A model generated the notes under the pieces. The model did not search any database and had not been told where the DNA came from. It worked only from the letters and a program-made list of their open reading frames with translations. A stretch of 64,000 bases of DNA. Origin: a virus (taxonomy: Duplodnaviria; Caudoviricetes). The DNA lies in IMG/VR virus record IMGVR_UViG_3300020050_009209. One strand, 5' to 3'. The position numbers and the translations under genes were made by a program. Of the stretch, positions 46,525 to 55,038 are shown piece after piece; position 1 is the first letter of the stretch; each line of letters opens with the position of its first letter.

Positions 46525-47751
46525 ATGCTAAGTGAACTTGAGATTCAGCTAGTAACCAAGTATATCTTGAGCCTCGATGAGCGATCAGACCGCTATGGGG
46601 ATGAGTTGGTAGACCACGTACTCCATCGTATCTCCTATCTCAACTCTGACGATGAGGTTGATTGGGATACCTATCGGGCTATCTGCTCATTTAGAGATGA
46701 GTTTGGGGGTGAATTTGATGAGGCACAAATGGCCTTTGTTGAGAGAGTCCTCCAAGGAGATAGCCCACAAGTAAGTGCCAAACAACCCCAGGCTCCATGT
46801 CACATTCTGGCTGCGAGTCAATTTGACATCAAGACTATCGACCTCGTATTCAAAAGGGCTCAGGAGATAGAGCATTCGACCACTGAGAGACTTCTACACA
46901 AGCTACAGGGTAAGACCTTGGCTTGCGTTTTCTATGAGCCGTCTACCCGAACATCCTCCAGCTTCATTGCTGCAATGGGTAAGCTTGGTGGGAACGTGAT
47001 ACCCATCACACAAGGGGTCCAGTACTCAAGTGTATCCAAGGGGGAGTCGCTAGAAGATACGATCGTCACCTTGGGTCAATATGCAGATGCGATTGTTCTT
47101 CGTCATCCTACGGTAGGGGCTTCAGCTCTTGCGGCTAGCGTTAGTCCCGTGCCAATCATCAATGCAGGGGATGGTATTAGTGAGCACCCCACGCAAGCTC
47201 TTCTAGACCTATACACGATCCAAAGGGAACTCGGGCGTACATCCAACCTTAAGGTAGCCTTTGTGGGGGACCTTGCGAATGGGCGGACGATCCACAGCTT
47301 AGCTGCACTCCTAGCGCTCTACTCAGGAAATGAGTTCTCCCTAGTATCCCCATTCCTACTGAAGCTAAGTCATGATTCGGCGCCTTACCTGCGAATCAAA
47401 GACAAAGTAACCCATGAGATTCACGTAAAGGATAGCCTAGTAAAGGCTGAGGAGGTTTTGGCAGAGGCGGACGTGGTCTACATGACGCGAATCCAGCGAG
47501 AGCGTTTCGGGTTCCTAGAGAACTATTCTGAGGTAAAGGACTCCTGTATTCTCACGGAGGAGTTAGTAAAGAAGCTCAAGCCATCGGCACGTATTCTACA
47601 CCCCCTCCCGAGAGTCAACGAGATTCCAAGAGAGATCGACTCTGACCCTAGAGCGGCCTACTTTCGAGAGGTCAAAATGGGACTTTACGTGAGGATGGCC
47701 CTCCTAGACCTAACAATGGGGTCGACCGAACCTTGGCTACTCAACCTATAA
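46525..47751 (+). CDS. pyrB: aspartate carbamoyltransferase catalytic subunit with about 90-aa N-terminal extension
   Basis: FYEPSTRT, KGESLEDT, INAGDG, HPTQALLD, GRTIHSL, TRIQRERF, HPLPR. Confidence 0.95.
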   Translation: MLSELEIQLVTKYILSLDERSDRYGDELVDHVLHRISYLNSDDEVDWDTYRAICSFRDEFGGEFDEAQMAFVERVLQGDSPQVSAKQPQAPCHILAASQFDIKTIDLVFKRAQEIEHSTTERLLHKLQGKTLACVFYEPSTRTSSSFIAAMGKLGGNVIPITQGVQYSSVSKGESLEDTIVTLGQYADAIVLRHPTVGASALAASVSPVPIINAGDGISEHPTQALLDLYTIQRELGRTSNLKVAFVGDLANGRTIHSLAALLALYSGNEFSLVSPFLLKLSHDSAPYLRIKDKVTHEIHVKDSLVKAEEVLAEADVVYMTRIQRERFGFLENYSEVKDSCILTEELVKKLKPSARILHPLPRVNEIPREIDSDPRAAYFREVKMGLYVRMALLDLTMGSTEPWLLNL

Positions 47752-47760
47752 CATACTTAT
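47749..47760 (+). promoter_or_regulatory. TAAYNTNCTTAT-class putative late promoter
   Basis: TAACATACTTAT 13 nt before ATG 47774. Confidence 0.6.
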
Positions 47761-47773
47761 CCTGAGGTTAGGT

Positions 47774-48715
47774 ATGTCCTTCAACGCCAGAGAAGCGGTT
47801 CGTCTACTCCTTGCTATGTCTATGGAAGAGGCCAAGCAAGCACTAGGATTTGCTCCAAATGCGAATCCTAGCTCGGGAGAGATTCAACGAGCCTATCGCG
47901 CAAAGGCTATCCAAAATCACCCTGACCGTGGAGGTGACCCAAAGAAGATGGTCGTCATCAACGTGGCTAAGGAGATATTGGAGGGGAAGCGAGTCAACGA
48001 TAAGACCGAGTACACTCCGGACGTTGAGGATGCTGGAGTAAAGAAGCAGCGGCAACAAGAGGCGTTTGTTGCGGACGTGAAAGCGGAGAAGGCGAAGGTA
48101 GGGAGTGCATTTGAGTCATCAAAGGCGGCAATTCTATCGCCATTCGGTCGGCACACTATACCATTCCCTGAGTTCTTGGATACTGCCTTCGAGTCAATAG
48201 CCAAGATCCAAGACGAGATTCAGGATACACTAGATGACTCCCCTCAGAAGGACCCAGCTTGGGTGAAGACTCAGCAAATCTGCGATATCATCGTAGGTAA
48301 GATGCGGCGAGTAGATCAGCAACGCATCGCAGTAACTCTGCCCTTACCAAAAATTCTTACTTTCAAGGATATCGAGTCTCGGTTCAGGGCAATGAGGGTT
48401 CTCCTTAAGTCCTACGAGGCTTTGATGGGGGAGTCCTCTAGTCTCGTAGGCTTGCTCAATACTAGTGAGGACGTCCCACTGAATTGGGATAGTATCTACT
48501 ACCACACTCACGGTATGTTCTCGTCTTATCTGTCGAACCTTCGTGACACCTTGAAGCAATTACACTTGACTTCCCTCAAGAAGCAATTAGAGGATAGTAG
48601 AAGCGCTATCATTAAGAGCAAGACTGCCAATAAGATCGGCGGGTTTACTCCTATCGAACAATGGGACCAGCTAGAATTCCCTACAAGCTTCAATGACCTC
48701 ATGGAGGTCAAATGA
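47774..48715 (+). CDS. J-domain (DnaJ) protein
   Basis: EIQRAYRAKAIQNHPDRGGD...INVAKEIL. Confidence 0.85.
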   Translation: MSFNAREAVRLLLAMSMEEAKQALGFAPNANPSSGEIQRAYRAKAIQNHPDRGGDPKKMVVINVAKEILEGKRVNDKTEYTPDVEDAGVKKQRQQEAFVADVKAEKAKVGSAFESSKAAILSPFGRHTIPFPEFLDTAFESIAKIQDEIQDTLDDSPQKDPAWVKTQQICDIIVGKMRRVDQQRIAVTLPLPKILTFKDIESRFRAMRVLLKSYEALMGESSSLVGLLNTSEDVPLNWDSIYYHTHGMFSSYLSNLRDTLKQLHLTSLKKQLEDSRSAIIKSKTANKIGGFTPIEQWDQLEFPTSFNDLMEVK

Positions 48716-49773
48716 ATAACATAATAGCCAGGGTCGTCTACCGGTTCGCAGCAACCAAACAAGAAACCGCCTTCCTCGCCCTTCTGGAAAAGGTACGCCG
48801 GGGAGCGGACTCTTCCCTCAAGTTACCTCAACTACTCCAAATTCTAGACTATCTTGGTGGTTGGAGCTACAAGGCAGTTGACAATATCAAACAGCCTTGG
48901 GTTTCAAAGCCTAAAGTGGTGTCTACTGATACGCTAACAGAGGCAGAAGTTAGGGAGCGCTACCAAGTTCGACTAAGGCTAGAGAGTGGGCCAAAAGTCA
49001 TTGGTAAGGTGTACCCATTTGAGCTTACAGCCCCTAAAGACCTACCTGGAGGTAGTTTCGGATTTACCTACAAGGAGTACATGCTTTCCAACGGGATTTT
49101 GTTTCGATCCCCGGAAGGGAAGGAGTACGAAGCTATTAACGACACTCACGACCAAGTCGACCCATTCCAAGGAGTTATTTGGACCTCAAAGATGAAATCG
49201 TGGTTTCGTACGGAGACTAAGTTCCTTGACCAGATCTCTCAGGTACTTGGGGTGCCTAACTCTGACCGTCCTACATCCACAGGGCTAAGTAAGTCCAAAC
49301 CAAGAGAGCTTAGTGGTACTGGTACCTGCCCAGCTTGTTTCCGTAACATCAAGCTCAAGAAGGCTGGAGATGCCTACAAAATGGTTCTCCATGGTTATGA
49401 GCGGCCAGGGTGGGGGTACACTGAGGGTCGTTGCATTGGAGTGGACCACCCTCCCTTTGAGGAAAGCCCTAAGGGCACTAAAGAGGTGATTAAGGTACTT
49501 GCCCTTCGACTACGGGGGTTGCAGCAATATCTAGTCGACTTGCACTCTGGTAAAATTACCTCTATTCAAAATCGGGACAATGCCGTTGTCCGCAAGGGGG
49601 ACCCCTCCTGGACAAAAGACTACCTTCAGAAGATCTCCGATGTGGAGTACGACTACAAGCAGGTAGATGAGGATGGGAAGGCGTTTGAGAAATTGGTCCG
49701 GGATTGGGTGAAAGCGGATTTACCTAAAACGGGGGATAAAGTAGCACCTCCACCACGCTTCCTTACCTTATAG
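48712..49773 (+). CDS. hypothetical protein with RVVYRFAA tag and C/H zinc site
   Basis: N-terminal tag; GTCPACFR...HGY.RPG.G...C. Confidence 0.75.
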   Translation: MNNIIARVVYRFAATKQETAFLALLEKVRRGADSSLKLPQLLQILDYLGGWSYKAVDNIKQPWVSKPKVVSTDTLTEAEVRERYQVRLRLESGPKVIGKVYPFELTAPKDLPGGSFGFTYKEYMLSNGILFRSPEGKEYEAINDTHDQVDPFQGVIWTSKMKSWFRTETKFLDQISQVLGVPNSDRPTSTGLSKSKPRELSGTGTCPACFRNIKLKKAGDAYKMVLHGYERPGWGYTEGRCIGVDHPPFEESPKGTKEVIKVLALRLRGLQQYLVDLHSGKITSIQNRDNAVVRKGDPSWTKDYLQKISDVEYDYKQVDEDGKAFEKLVRDWVKADLPKTGDKVAPPPRFLTL

Positions 49774-49783
49774 GAGTTACAAA

Positions 49784-50464
49784 ATGTCGCTCTCAGTCAT
49801 CTCAAATGTCGTAGCTAGGTGGAAGAAAAAGGCTAACAACGAGTCCGTCTGGGCCGTAGGATCTGAGCGTAAGGACTACGTTGAGGTCGTTTGGGACATG
49901 TACAAGTCCTCCTACCAAAAAATCGGCATGCACGTTTCAAGCCCTGCGGGTCTCTTGGACTACGACAAGTGGGAAATTATGCTTGACGGAGACAAACCCG
50001 TAGCTTTCAACCTGTACAAGAGCACCTCGATGGGGTTAAAGGCTGGGTTGGCAGGTACGGATGGGTCTGCTGTAGGTAAAAGTTTGATGAAAGACCACTT
50101 CAAGGCTCGACTTCAGCGTCCTGGAGTGTACGCTGAAGTTAGCCATGCCGTAGAGCGTCTAAGTGCCGGAGCCCCTGTCGTTTGTGCTGTACACGTACCC
50201 AAGGTTCTCGGTAAAACTGTAATACCCCAAGAAGATGGGGTACACTACCAAAGGTCACTGGAAGGGTTAGGTCCCGTGGTGAAAAAGTTGATTGGGAACC
50301 CCAAAGGGGTTCCGTCTGGTTCGGAAAATGCGTGTGAGATCTATGCTAACCCAGGGGAACCACTATCCCCCGAAGAGGCTGTAAGGCTCGCAGCTGAGCA
50401 TAAAGTGAGTCAAGAGATTGACATGGCAGAGCATGCCTCTTGTCAACTTGACCTAGACGACTGA
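49784..50464 (+). CDS. hypothetical protein with NVVARWKKKA tag
   Basis: AGGAG SD; N-terminal tag. Confidence 0.75.
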   Translation: MSLSVISNVVARWKKKANNESVWAVGSERKDYVEVVWDMYKSSYQKIGMHVSSPAGLLDYDKWEIMLDGDKPVAFNLYKSTSMGLKAGLAGTDGSAVGKSLMKDHFKARLQRPGVYAEVSHAVERLSAGAPVVCAVHVPKVLGKTVIPQEDGVHYQRSLEGLGPVVKKLIGNPKGVPSGSENACEIYANPGEPLSPEEAVRLAAEHKVSQEIDMAEHASCQLDLDD

Positions 50465-50482
50465 ATGCTCTATAAGAGGGGC

Positions 50483-51925
50483 ATGAAGAATCTACGAACT
50501 GTTCTAAGTCTCCTAGGTCTTGGGCTACTGTCCTGTCATGCCTCAGAGCGTTCTTTGGGCTTGACTCCTGTGTCGTTTACGAAGGGGTCAATCTTCACTA
50601 CGAACTCTGGTACGACCAATTGGGCTTACGTCCCTCTAGCCTACGATAGCTCCCATGCTACGCCGATGCCGATGTTTGTTTGGCTCCATGGGTGTGGCGG
50701 TCGAGGACAGTACGATATCGACATGGTCTCCCCAGGAGGCTCCTCTCAGACCTGGATCTCCCTAGCCGTGGGAGGGCGTGAAGGTTCGTGTTGGTCGAAT
50801 CTAGGAGTGGATGGCCCCAAGGTCCTTGCAGCTATTGCGGACATGAAGTCTCACTTCAATGTGGACTCCCGACGAGTTGTGCTTGGAGGTTACTCCTCTG
50901 GTGGTGACATCGGTTATCCTCTCGTGTTCCAGAATGCAGACATGTTTGCAGGTGCGATCTTCGAGAACACCGCACCTAGTAGCGAAGCTCTTACTCTGGC
51001 ACCCTCCGCAAAGTGGAAGCTCAACCTGGTTCAAATTTCCCACCTATCGGACACTACGTACCCTATCTCTGGAGTTCGGTCAAAAATGGCTACCTTGGCC
51101 AGCCTAGGGTTTCCAGTAAGCACCATCGAGAAGACTGGAACTCACTGGGATAACGACACTGGAACCTCAGGTACCAAATACGACCTGGTGATGTTCGGGC
51201 TACCCTTTCTCAAGCGTGGGTGGGCTACACCAGCTCCTGCTTGTACTTACAGCTACTCGGCATGGGCAACATGCGCCTCCAGCGGATCGCAAACTCGGAC
51301 AATTCTGTCGAGTCTTCCTGCTGGATGTGAGGGGACCCCTCAGCCGCTGCAACAAGCTTGCGTTTACGTGCCTCCTACGTGCTCAGACTTCACCTACTCC
51401 GCTTGGTCGGAGTGTGCCCCAACGAGTAGCCAAACGCGTACAGTACTGACCTCTGCTCCCGCAAGCTGTGTTGGTGGAGCCCCCGTGCTGAGCCAAGCTT
51501 GCACATACACGGTACCCGACCAAGACAAGGACGGGATCGATGACAAGCTGGATGCTTGCCCTACGGTCGCAGGAGTGAGAACTTCGGACCCTACAACGAA
51601 TGGCTGTCTAGCTCTCGTGGTCTCGTCTAAGAAGACTGCGGATTGGGGGACAGGATACTGCCGTAAGTTCTACATGCGCAACCCAAACCCCAAGGCAATG
51701 AAGTGGGTTGACATGACAATCAAGTTGGGGGACGGTCGACTTCGCGGTCCAGGGGCCGTGTGGGGAGGAGTATTTCCGGACCCCGCAGCTACAGGTACCA
51801 TCGTGGTAACTCCAGCAGCCTGGACAAGTACAGTCAACCCTGGAGTTACCATTGAGACGGTAGGCTTGTGCGCCAACTACGGTCCAAGCAAAGTCTCTGC
51901 TTCTGTAGGTAGCCTGAAACTGTAA
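50483..51925 (+). CDS. secreted lipoprotein: alpha/beta-hydrolase, 2 TSP1-like repeats, TSP3-like Ca repeat, CBM2-like domain
   Basis: Lipobox LLSC; LHGCGG, GYSSGG; YSAWxxCxxxxxQTRT x2; DQDKDGIDDKLDACP; DWGTGYC...W. Confidence 0.8.
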   Translation: MKNLRTVLSLLGLGLLSCHASERSLGLTPVSFTKGSIFTTNSGTTNWAYVPLAYDSSHATPMPMFVWLHGCGGRGQYDIDMVSPGGSSQTWISLAVGGREGSCWSNLGVDGPKVLAAIADMKSHFNVDSRRVVLGGYSSGGDIGYPLVFQNADMFAGAIFENTAPSSEALTLAPSAKWKLNLVQISHLSDTTYPISGVRSKMATLASLGFPVSTIEKTGTHWDNDTGTSGTKYDLVMFGLPFLKRGWATPAPACTYSYSAWATCASSGSQTRTILSSLPAGCEGTPQPLQQACVYVPPTCSDFTYSAWSECAPTSSQTRTVLTSAPASCVGGAPVLSQACTYTVPDQDKDGIDDKLDACPTVAGVRTSDPTTNGCLALVVSSKKTADWGTGYCRKFYMRNPNPKAMKWVDMTIKLGDGRLRGPGAVWGGVFPDPAATGTIVVTPAAWTSTVNPGVTIETVGLCANYGPSKVSASVGSLKL

Positions 51926-51942
51926 AGCGTACCTCTCGAAAG

Positions 51943-51979
51943 AAAGAAGGGAGTCTCCCAATTGGAGACTCCCTTCTTT
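51943..51979. terminator. bidirectional terminator
   Basis: AAAGAAGGGAGTCTCC-caatt-GGAGACTCCCTTCTTT between convergent genes. Confidence 0.85.
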
Positions 51980-51984
51980 TCTGC

Positions 51985-52398
51985 TCATCCGTCTTCGTTG
52001 GGAACTCTGGGTTCATTCCACCCGTAGTGGTCGTGCCAACATTCTAGTACCTCACTAAACGACTCAGGAGGTACAATATCATCAAGGGCATAGTAACTCA
52101 TTACGTCGCTTGAAAGGGCGTTGTAATTGAGGCCAACGGATGGCTTACCCCAAGCATAAGCCATTCCCACCTCTGCCGTAAGGTCTTTGCCGTAGTCTAG
52201 TAGAACCGCAACGAAGAAAAGAGAGGATCGGATCAACTCGACATTACGTTGAAATATGCCTTGCTCAGTTAAGGTCTGATCCGTGTGAGTTATCGCAGAT
52301 ACGGCCTCAAACCCCGCCTCAGTAGCCTGCTTCAGTAGCGCTCTAGTGACGGTTGCATGCTTATTTGGAGAGCAGATATACACTCGTGGAAGTGTCAT
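51985..52398 (-). CDS. nucleoside 2-deoxyribosyltransferase-like protein
   Basis: VYICSP, RNVELIRSS, DLTAEVGMAYAWGKP. Confidence 0.75.
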   Translation of the reverse strand: MTLPRVYICSPNKHATVTRALLKQATEAGFEAVSAITHTDQTLTEQGIFQRNVELIRSSLFFVAVLLDYGKDLTAEVGMAYAWGKPSVGLNYNALSSDVMSYYALDDIVPPESFSEVLECWHDHYGWNEPRVPNEDG

Positions 52399-52655
52399 GG
52401 TTTCGGCTCCTTCTTGCAGATCGAAAACCGAAGCGTGGTGATGTCATATCCGCGCTCCTCTAGTTCGGCGACAAACGACTTAGCATAGGCAATGAATCGT
52501 TCACCGTTGTCACGGTAGTCCACGTACGGGCGCTCGACGCAAAGCACGCTGTACAAGAGGTGCCCATTCGCCTTGTGGTCGGGATGGTGAAATACAAGGT
52601 CCTTCTCCCGCTTGCTCCAGGATGCCTTGAGTGTGTTGGCGTTGGTTCGTTTCAT
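52395..52655 (-). CDS. hypothetical protein
   Basis: ELEERGYDITTLRFSI. Confidence 0.65.
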   Translation of the reverse strand: MKRTNANTLKASWSKREKDLVFHHPDHKANGHLLYSVLCVERPYVDYRDNGERFIAYAKSFVAELEERGYDITTLRFSICKKEPKP

Positions 52656-52665
52656 ATCAGGTCCA

Positions 52666-53238
52666 CTACCTATAGTCCCTTCGCCTAAGTGGCTTACCTA
52701 CACGAACCTTGTGCCCTACTGTCTTGTCCTCTTCCCTAGGAAGAACCGTAACGCAAACGGGTCGAGACTTACCGCCATCCCGACGCATGACGAATATTAC
52801 CCCAGAGGTACTTACCCACTGCTCATCCCCAGTGAGAGTTTTCTCTCGGATAGGGGTAGCGGTCTTAGCCTCTTCCGTCAGGTAAGCTATTGCCCTCTCC
52901 AAGGGTTCGCTGCGGAGGTGACGTTCGGCATACCGCTCAAAGGCATGATTCGTTACCACGAAGGGGAGACGGTAGTGGCAAAGGAGCTTTACAATAGCTA
53001 GCCCTCTTTCCTCTTTTTGCCGCCTGACTTCCTCTCGGGTCTTCGTGTAACGTGGGGATACCCTTAAGTCTTTAGCTAACTTAAGGTTGTTGCGACCAGC
53101 AGCTGTTTGCGCGGTAAGTATGCTAAGACACGCCTCTTGGGTCCTACCCTCTTTAGCTGCCAGAGCACATAGAAGGTCGACCTCGTCTTGAGTAAGGTCC
53201 CTAAGGCAAGCCTCTTTTACCAGTTCGTCGAGAGTCAT
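52666..53238 (-). CDS. hypothetical protein with HAxER (RelE/BECR-like) C-terminal domain
   Basis: TNHAFERYAER...VCVTVL. Confidence 0.55.
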   Translation of the reverse strand: MTLDELVKEACLRDLTQDEVDLLCALAAKEGRTQEACLSILTAQTAAGRNNLKLAKDLRVSPRYTKTREEVRRQKEERGLAIVKLLCHYRLPFVVTNHAFERYAERHLRSEPLERAIAYLTEEAKTATPIREKTLTGDEQWVSTSGVIFVMRRDGGKSRPVCVTVLPREEDKTVGHKVRVGKPLRRRDYR

Positions 53239-53289
53239 GACTTGACTGAGTTTTCATTTTGAATAAGACGTTTGTAGGTTAGTGTAGGT

Positions 53290-53463
53290 GTGAAAAGAGT
53301 TGACACACATCAGAGCCCTGAACCTCACGTCGAATGTCTAGACCCCGCATGTTGTGCGTGTGAGTGCGCAACATGCAAACGTGAGTGGTTTGCAGCGAAT
53401 CGACCTAACCCGAGGGATTGCTTTACGCACAACCCCCCAAAGTCAAGGTTTGATCGAATCTAG
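53290..53463 (+). CDS. 57-aa Cys-rich protein ending in SRFDRI
   Basis: MKRVDTHQSPEPHVECLDPACCACECATCKREW...PPKSRFDRI*; fills an apparent intergenic gap. Confidence 0.65.
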   Translation: MKRVDTHQSPEPHVECLDPACCACECATCKREWFAANRPNPRDCFTHNPPKSRFDRI

Positions 53464-53912
53464 TACATACACTTTGGAGTCTGCCGACACAACGTTCGCA
53501 TACCTCCAGGATTTTGCTCTCGCCAGGCCTCAGTTACAGCAGGGTCATACCCCCCACAGCAAGCACATGGAAGGGAGTCTGACTTTGTAGACAAAGTTCG
53601 GTATCGCAGCTTCTTGATAGCTGTAAACCATCGACTATTCAGGTTAGTCGTCTTAGGGTCAGACTTCACCTTACGTGCATAGGCGGCTCTTAGTAGAGCT
53701 AAGCCATCTTTGGAGTTCTCTTCAACCGCCAACCAGAGTGCCAACTGACAGGCATCGTTCGCTTGCTGGCGCTCCCAAAACACCTCTGTGAACTCAGAGC
53801 CCGATGGCTCACAACTCCTTATCCCGTTCTCATCTGGATGGTGCTCCATCCCGCACAAGTGACAACCAAAGTCAATTCGAGTGATTTCCTCAGGTGTGAG
53901 CATAGACCTCAA
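53460..53912 (-). CDS. Cys-containing hypothetical protein
   Basis: 150-aa ORF. Confidence 0.6.
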   Translation of the reverse strand: MRSMLTPEEITRIDFGCHLCGMEHHPDENGIRSCEPSGSEFTEVFWERQQANDACQLALWLAVEENSKDGLALLRAAYARKVKSDPKTTNLNSRWFTAIKKLRYRTLSTKSDSLPCACCGGYDPAVTEAWREQNPGGMRTLCRQTPKCMY

Positions 53913-53933
53913 GTAGGGTAAGGTATAGGGGGA

Positions 53934-54554
53934 TTAACCCTCGACAGAGAGGCCTGCCGAGGCGAGGATGCGACGGGCTGCCTCGTAGGTGTCCCCACGA
54001 ATACTACCGCTCACCTCCCACGTCGCGAGCATGTCCTTTAGCACCTTCACAGCTTCGGCATCACGCCTGTCTCGATTGACAAGAGTAGTAACCGCGTCTT
54101 TTGCCTCCTCAGGTCGAACTCCAAGTAGGTCCCCTATGCGATGCAGGTCTATTTGTGACCTGTCTCTTTGACTTGCTGTTTCCTCAGCAGACTGGCGTAG
54201 AGTCTCATAGTACAACTTAAGGAGGGCTAGCTCATTCTCAGCTTTCTCCGCTCTTTTTAGAGAGTCATTACCCTTTAGAACGTCACTGCCCTTTTCACGT
54301 AGCGCCTCATGGGTAAGACCCTCTGCTTTAAGGTTTTCCAAGTCCACCTTTTCAGGAGAGATTCGATTTGCTAGATGCTCCGCGTAGCTAGCCAGCCACC
54401 CATTGGAGTACAGCGTTTCCTTGTCTGGAGTAGCCCCTTTTACGAGTTCTTCCACTACTCCACAAGGAAGATGGTCCCGCATCAACGAATACAGGAAGCT
54501 TACAAGCCTGCTTGTAGACCTCACTTCCCCACTCACTTCTCGAATGTCACTCAT
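53934..54554 (-). CDS. hypothetical coiled-coil protein
   Basis: LVSFLYSLMRDHLPCGVVEELV; ATG 54554. Confidence 0.65.
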   Translation of the reverse strand: MSDIREVSGEVRSTSRLVSFLYSLMRDHLPCGVVEELVKGATPDKETLYSNGWLASYAEHLANRISPEKVDLENLKAEGLTHEALREKGSDVLKGNDSLKRAEKAENELALLKLYYETLRQSAEETASQRDRSQIDLHRIGDLLGVRPEEAKDAVTTLVNRDRRDAEAVKVLKDMLATWEVSGSIRGDTYEAARRILASAGLSVEG

Positions 54555-55038
54555 CGAATTCCCCAAGGTTGTAGTCCGGGTCGAAGTCCACAACCTCCAT
54601 GGCCCAGTAAGAAGGGCACTTTCGATTGCGAATTTGGACATCCATTTGATAGATGGTCGTGTCAGGCACCTTGTGGATGTTACGCTTGATTGCTGTCTTT
54701 GGGTTGCACAGAATCGTAACAGCCTTCGCCTCATATCCGAATGCAGCTGCGGCTTGCATGTAAGGAGCCAACTCGGCCACATCAGTGTTGGTGTTGTCTA
54801 CCACCACACACTCCACCCCAGCCTGGAGAGACTCAATGAAGTTTCTGAAACATGCGTTATGAGCTTGCCCGATTTGAAGAGGATCAAATCGATACTCCCC
54901 TCCCACCATGAAAAAGTCGTCAGCTGAAACCACCTTAGCGGTTGGCCACATCGTTTTCGCCACCGTGGACTTACCCGAACCTGGAATCCCGCAAAGAACA
55001 AAAACCTGCTTCATTTCAACCTTAATCTTGGTGCTCAT
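54547..55038 (-). CDS. P-loop kinase (AAA_33/N4BP2-like)
   Basis: GIPGSGKST, SADDFF, VDNTN, RNIHKVP. Confidence 0.88.
   Translation of the reverse strand: MSTKIKVEMKQVFVLCGIPGSGKSTVAKTMWPTAKVVSADDFFMVGGEYRFDPLQIGQAHNACFRNFIESLQAGVECVVVDNTNTDVAELAPYMQAAAAFGYEAKAVTILCNPKTAIKRNIHKVPDTTIYQMDVQIRNRKCPSYWAMEVVDFDPDYNLGEFDE

Noticed and set aside
7698-53463. SRFDR motif as a DNA repeat or recombination site
   Set aside because: Underlying codons vary synonymously while the amino acids and frame are kept.
54555-54782. N-terminal 76 aa of ORF 53934..54782
   Set aside because: Alternative-frame overlap with the kinase gene; ATG 54554 is the likelier start.
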